Shown piece by piece: positions 57,184 to 61,380 of a stretch of DNA of 61,380 nt (positions are counted from its first letter, which is position 1; each line of letters begins with the position of its first letter). The notes under the pieces are model-generated. The model was not told where the DNA came from. It searched no databases and saw nothing but the letters and a program-made list of their open reading frames with translations. Source of the DNA: a virus. Lineage: Duplodnaviria; Caudoviricetes. Made by a program: the position numbers and the translations under genes. The stretch is from the IMG/VR virus record IMGVR_UViG_3300025138_000041, positions 1 to 61,380 of that record, one strand, 5' to 3'.

Positions 57184-59075
57184 GTTTGAAAGACACTATA
57201 GGCTTTGAAGAAATGCAGGGAATGGTTCGTGATGCTTCAAATCTTTCTAATATATCAGGATTTAAAGATTTAGCTAAATCTAAAGCCAAAAAAGCTTTAG
57301 ATGTTAAGTTAAGTTCTTTGGGAAAAAATGTTGGAGAAACTTTAAGTGGAATTCAATCACTGACTTCCGAATATGACGGAGGAGATATAGAAACAAAAGT
57401 TAGTACCGGAATTGCAAAAATTACAGGAAGCGTTCCAGGTTTTGAAGATTTGCTAAAAGAAAAGGTTACAAAGAAAAATACTATTTCAGCAATAACTGGT
57501 ATAGCTTCAAGTGCTATAGATGAAGTATCTGAATTATCTGAAATTATATCTTCAGCATCTCCTAAATCTATAGCGTCTAATCTTCAAAGTATTACAGGTA
57601 AGGTACCCAGTGTAAAAACTCTAATGAGTTTAGGTGTTGATGCAAATGCTTTTGAATCTATAAAAGGTTTAGTTGAAGATGTGAATGAAGTTAAAGATAA
57701 AGTTAATAAGATAGAGAACGAATTTCAAAACGTATTAGACAATTTTTCTAGTAATACAGAAAATATCTTAGGTCCTTTTAAAGGAGGCACATTAGATAGA
57801 GTGATAGCAAACACAAATAATGTTATTTTGAATGAAGTCAACTCTATATCTAAAGGTATTTTAAAACCTCTTGACCAATTTAATGCTGTTCAATCCGTAA
57901 TTAATGGTAATAAATCTGCTGTTGCGGATTTAGTGTTGGGTAAAATATTAGAAAAAACTCCAAATATTCCTAATATAGCAGATATTGAAGCACAAATATT
58001 TAAATTAGATCCTTCAATTGCTAATATGATAAGACCAGAAATTTCTTCTATAGATTTTGGAAATAGAACAACTCCGGTTGTAAATAATTCTTCGCAAGAA
58101 AGTAAATGGAAAGGCGCTGATACTGACATTTGGAATTATACATTCACTTTCGTTAATTCATATGAAGAATTACTGTCTGATATCAGATCATCTATAAGAC
58201 CTATCACGGAGATCGTTGTTCATTGGACTGGAAACTATGTAGACCAAGGTAATATTGGTGCTAAAGAAATACATAATTGGCACACACAAGATGGATTTAC
58301 TGGTTGTGGATATCATTATATCATTAAAAGAAATGGCGATTTGCAAAGAGGTAGACCTTTAAATAAAGTTGGTGCTCACGCAGAAGTTAACGGACATGAT
58401 GAGAATAGTATAGGTATAGCTTTAGTTGGCGGATTTAACTGCGCTTCAGGAACTAGAAATCCTAATAAGTATTTAAGTGCGGAGTCAATTAGGCAAGAAC
58501 AGTGGAAAACACTGAAAGAGTTCATAAGAGCATTTTATTCAGTTCATCCAGGAGGTCAAGTTTGGGGACACAGAGATACAGATCCAGATCAAATTGATCC
58601 TGGAATTGACATGAGAGATTACATAGAGAAAAATTTTAAAAGAAAAAATACTAAATCATCTGGAACAAAACCGCCATTGTTATCAAAAGGATCGACTTCA
58701 ACCTCTCCTGCTGAGACTACAATCGAAAAAAACAATAAACCACTTTCTGGTGGAGAATATGTCCTTAGTAAATTTTCAGCTAAACATTTCGGATTTCCCA
58801 CATATGCAAAATTACCAGAATTTGATAGTCTCCAAGTAATGGACGATGCAAGTGCGGGCAAATATGCTGCAGGCACTAAATTTGTTGTTCATTCACCATT
58901 AGATTATAATTTTTCAGAAACAGACGTATATCAAATTTGGGAAGCTGTTATTAATGGAGGATTCGAAAAACGACAGTTTTCATTAGTCAATATTTCAAAT
59001 CCAGATTCTGTAGCTAGATTTGAAAATTTAGCTAAAAGAAGTTCATTTGCTGGTTATAGATGGATAAAAGGATAA
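57180..59075 (+). CDS. baseplate-associated protein with N-acetylmuramoyl-L-alanine amidase domain
   Basis: IVVHWT, GYHYII.R.G...GRP..VGAHA, SIGIALVGG, GHRD, DPG. Confidence 0.8.
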   Translation: MSLKDTIGFEEMQGMVRDASNLSNISGFKDLAKSKAKKALDVKLSSLGKNVGETLSGIQSLTSEYDGGDIETKVSTGIAKITGSVPGFEDLLKEKVTKKNTISAITGIASSAIDEVSELSEIISSASPKSIASNLQSITGKVPSVKTLMSLGVDANAFESIKGLVEDVNEVKDKVNKIENEFQNVLDNFSSNTENILGPFKGGTLDRVIANTNNVILNEVNSISKGILKPLDQFNAVQSVINGNKSAVADLVLGKILEKTPNIPNIADIEAQIFKLDPSIANMIRPEISSIDFGNRTTPVVNNSSQESKWKGADTDIWNYTFTFVNSYEELLSDIRSSIRPITEIVVHWTGNYVDQGNIGAKEIHNWHTQDGFTGCGYHYIIKRNGDLQRGRPLNKVGAHAEVNGHDENSIGIALVGGFNCASGTRNPNKYLSAESIRQEQWKTLKEFIRAFYSVHPGGQVWGHRDTDPDQIDPGIDMRDYIEKNFKRKNTKSSGTKPPLLSKGSTSTSPAETTIEKNNKPLSGGEYVLSKFSAKHFGFPTYAKLPEFDSLQVMDDASAGKYAAGTKFVVHSPLDYNFSETDVYQIWEAVINGGFEKRQFSLVNISNPDSVARFENLAKRSSFAGYRWIKG

Positions 59076-59078
59076 ATT

Positions 59079-61380
59079 ATGACAACTAAAGCAGACGATT
59101 TAAGTAATAGAAAAAATAACTTAGGACTTTCTTTTACTGAAAAGGAGGGTCTAAGTGAAAATGGATTTTCGGATCCAAATTTACTTTTTCCTAAACCAGA
59201 ATATGTTAATCAATCTGGCGTTAATAAAGCCAGCAGAGGAGAAAATGTAAATAATCTCAACGTAAAAGCATGTATACCAGGAAAAGAATTAGGTTATCTT
59301 ACTCTAGATACATATGAATACACACAAGTTCAAGTTGATGAATCTTCATCAGGACATGTTATTGAAATAAACGATACTCCTTCAGGTGAAAGAATTTTAA
59401 TAAAACATAATTGTGGTGCAGGAATTGATATTCAACCTGATGGTACAATTCTTATTAATAGTACTGGTAATAGAGTTGAAGTTGTGTCTGGAAATCATAA
59501 TTTAGCTGTTGAAGCAGATGGAAATATTCTATATAATGGAAATCTAAACATGACAGTTACTGGTGATTACACTCTAGATGTGAAGGGCGACTATCATGTA
59601 AAAGTTGGCGGTAATAATATATTAAAAGTTATAGGATCATATAGAAAGAATATAGTTAGGCATATGACAGAGGTAATTCAACAAACTAAATCCTCCACAG
59701 TTTTAATGCAATCAACAAATACTCTTTTGGGAGATGTTACTAATACAATTAAAGGCACATTTAGAAATTTAATAAAAGGAAAAGCTGAATACTTTCATAG
59801 TGGAATTACGAAATTTACCTCTGAATCCGGTATTGATTTAGCATCTGTTAATGTTAATATGGCTGCAGATAATATGACTTGTATTGGAACAGAGGGCACT
59901 ATGGGCGGCAAAGGCATGATTTCTTATACAAAAAATCTATACGTCCAAGAAAATATTGATACTAAAACGATGAAAGCTAGTAATGATATTAAAGCGAATG
60001 TGGTCCATGCTGATCTTGATGGTTTAGCTGCGACAGCGGAGATTGCTGGTTGGTCGGCTAACGCAGGTCGTGCACCTGTTCCAGCACCAGGAGGTTCATC
60101 AAGCATTTCTACAGAATTTACAAGAGATACTACCGAGACAGGTTTACCTGATGCTGAATATATGGAACAACATTTACGAAAATCGCAAGTTGGTTATAGA
60201 AAAGTAAATATAGATGAAGATCAAGGTATTAAAGACTCAGTAGATCAGACAACAAATAATGGAGGGGTATCTGATAGAGAACTTAATATTCAAGAGGTTA
60301 GATCGAAACTAAAAAATAAAAGTAATAAAGATAATTCTAAATTCATTTTAAATCAAACTGCTACAGGAGTTTTATCTTCAGATCATAGTACAAAAACTCC
60401 TCCTAATATTGGAAGAGTTAGAGGAAGCAACTTCACTACTGCTACAGGATCTAAGCCAATAGGAAGCAATAAAGGTAAGACTACAAGCAAAAGATTTGTA
60501 CCTTCTGAATCGGCATCAAAAAATAGAAGAATTACGTTATTAGTTGAACCAAAATATGACGTAAATAAACTTGATGACGTATCATTAAAAACTAAATTAA
60601 ATGAAAAAATATCAATTTCAAAGTTTGTAGCTAGTTTAGGAGATCCTATAACACTTCAGCATATTGATACTGCTGAGAATAGAAAACAAATTGCTAGAAA
60701 TCTAATGCCGCATGTTTTTGCATTAGAAATATTTCACACTTTAGAAGATTTTTCGGGGTATTCGCTTGTCGTTGCTGAAGGATTATACAAAAAAGGAGAA
60801 AAAGAAACTATAACTCCTGATAGTTTAACTGACTTGAAAACTAAAGGTCGTGCTATTGCATATGAATTGTATAATTCAAAAACTGGTAAAATCGATTTAG
60901 AGAAAACTTTCGACTTAGCAACATATTTAAAAGACAATATCCATTACGACAAATTAATTCTTTATTATGATACTTATGATGAAAAGAATGATATGCCCAA
61001 CGCACAGATAGTTGTTACAACTCCAGAAATTCCTGAAGATTATGCTTCTATTTTTGATATGAAAATTAGTTCTGTATATAATAATGAACCTTTAAGCGAA
61101 AATGATCTGATTGAAGTTCCAGATTCAGAAGATGAACCTGAAGAAAAATATGATGCTGACGATGTAGCGCCAGACGATACATCAGGAAGTTTTGCATCTG
61201 AAGCTGCTCCTGAGCCAGAACCCGAGCCTGAGCCAGAGCCTGAGCCAGAGCCTGAGCCAGAGCCGCTTACTATGGAAGAAAGAAAACAGATACAAGAGGA
61301 TCAGTATCTGGCAAGGCCTTATGGATCAAAAGAAGTTGCTGAAGGAGGAATAAAAAGAACGCTAAATGGAAAACTGTTTC
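59079..61380 (+). CDS. gp5 C-terminal portion (beta-helix spike) with long extension, truncated at window end (not in track)
   Basis: ATG 59079; SGHVIEINDTPSGERILIKH..G..I.I.PDG and V.G repeats; frame followed only partly by eye. Confidence 0.75.
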   Translation, partial: MTTKADDLSNRKNNLGLSFTEKEGLSENGFSDPNLLFPKPEYVNQSGVNKASRGENVNNLNVKACIPGKELGYLTLDTYEYTQVQVDESSSGHVIEINDTPSGERILIKHNCGAGIDIQPDGTILINSTGNRVEVVSGNHNLAVEADGNILYNGNLNMTVTGDYTLDVKGDYHVKVGGNNILKVIGSYRKNIVRHMTEVIQQTKSSTVLMQSTNTLLGDVTNTIKGTFRNLIKGKAEYFHSGITKFTSESGIDLASVNVNMAADNMTCIGTEGTMGGKGMISYTKNLYVQENIDTKTMKASNDIKANVVHADLDGLAATAEIAGWSANAGRAPVPAPGGSSSISTEFTRDTTETGLPDAEYMEQHLRKSQVGYRKVNIDEDQGIKDSVDQTTNNGGVSDRELNIQEVRSKLKNKSNKDNSKFILNQTATGVLSSDHSTKTPPNIGRVRGSNFTTATGSKPIGSNKGKTTSKRFVPSESASKNRRITLLVEPKYDVNKLDDVSLKTKLNEKISISKFVASLGDPITLQHIDTAENRKQIARNLMPHVFALEIFHTLEDFSGYSLVVAEGLYKKGEKETITPDSLTDLKTKGRAIAYELYNSKTGKIDLEKTFDLATYLKDNIHYDKLILYYDTYDEKNDMPNAQIVVTTPEIPEDYASIFDMKISSVYNNEPLSENDLIEVPDSEDEPEEKYDADDVAPDDTSGSFASEAAPEPEPEPEPEPEPEPEPEPLTMEERKQIQEDQYLARPYGSKEVAEGGIKRTLNGKLF
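61209..61265 (+). repeat. Pro-Glu dipeptide repeat linker
   Basis: gagcct/gagcca repeats encoding about (PE)9. Confidence 0.85.

Noticed and set aside
1117-60937. Numerous short antisense or out-of-frame track ORFs (e.g. 1945..2298, 49411..49866, 53532..53930)
   Set aside because: Shadows of well-supported genes, with no RBS or motifs
1-61380. Stop-codon reassignment
   Set aside because: Core genes are full length in the standard code and end in TAA, TAG and TGA

Overview
AT-rich 61 kb segment of a large T4-like (myovirus) phage genome, probably marine. An alphaproteobacterial host is inferred from GANTC-rich promoters, many -10 boxes lacking the last T, and BMP/SbmA/IscA genes. Layout: (1) 1-5.9 kb, modular tail-fibre/virion proteins; (2) 6.4-22.8 kb, glycosyltransferase/heptose/methyltransferase island with host-like genes, including an anticodon-domain-less AsnRS-like gene followed 5 nt later by an aberrant tRNA-Asn(GUU) with a 35-nt variable arm (top finding); (3) 22.8-46 kb, early region of small ORFs driven by repeated TTGAC(A/T)-N17-TA promoters, with tRNA-Arg, tRNA-CAU, two unassigned structured RNAs, guaC, a helicase-HNH and an Alt-like ADP-ribosyltransferase; (4) 46-61 kb, T4 core genes gp33, gp32, tape-measure-like, gp51/gp26 (apparent -1 frameshift), gp54, gp2, gp4, gp48, gp53, hub, and a gp5 split over three genes. 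All calls come from reading motifs by eye; no database searches were run.
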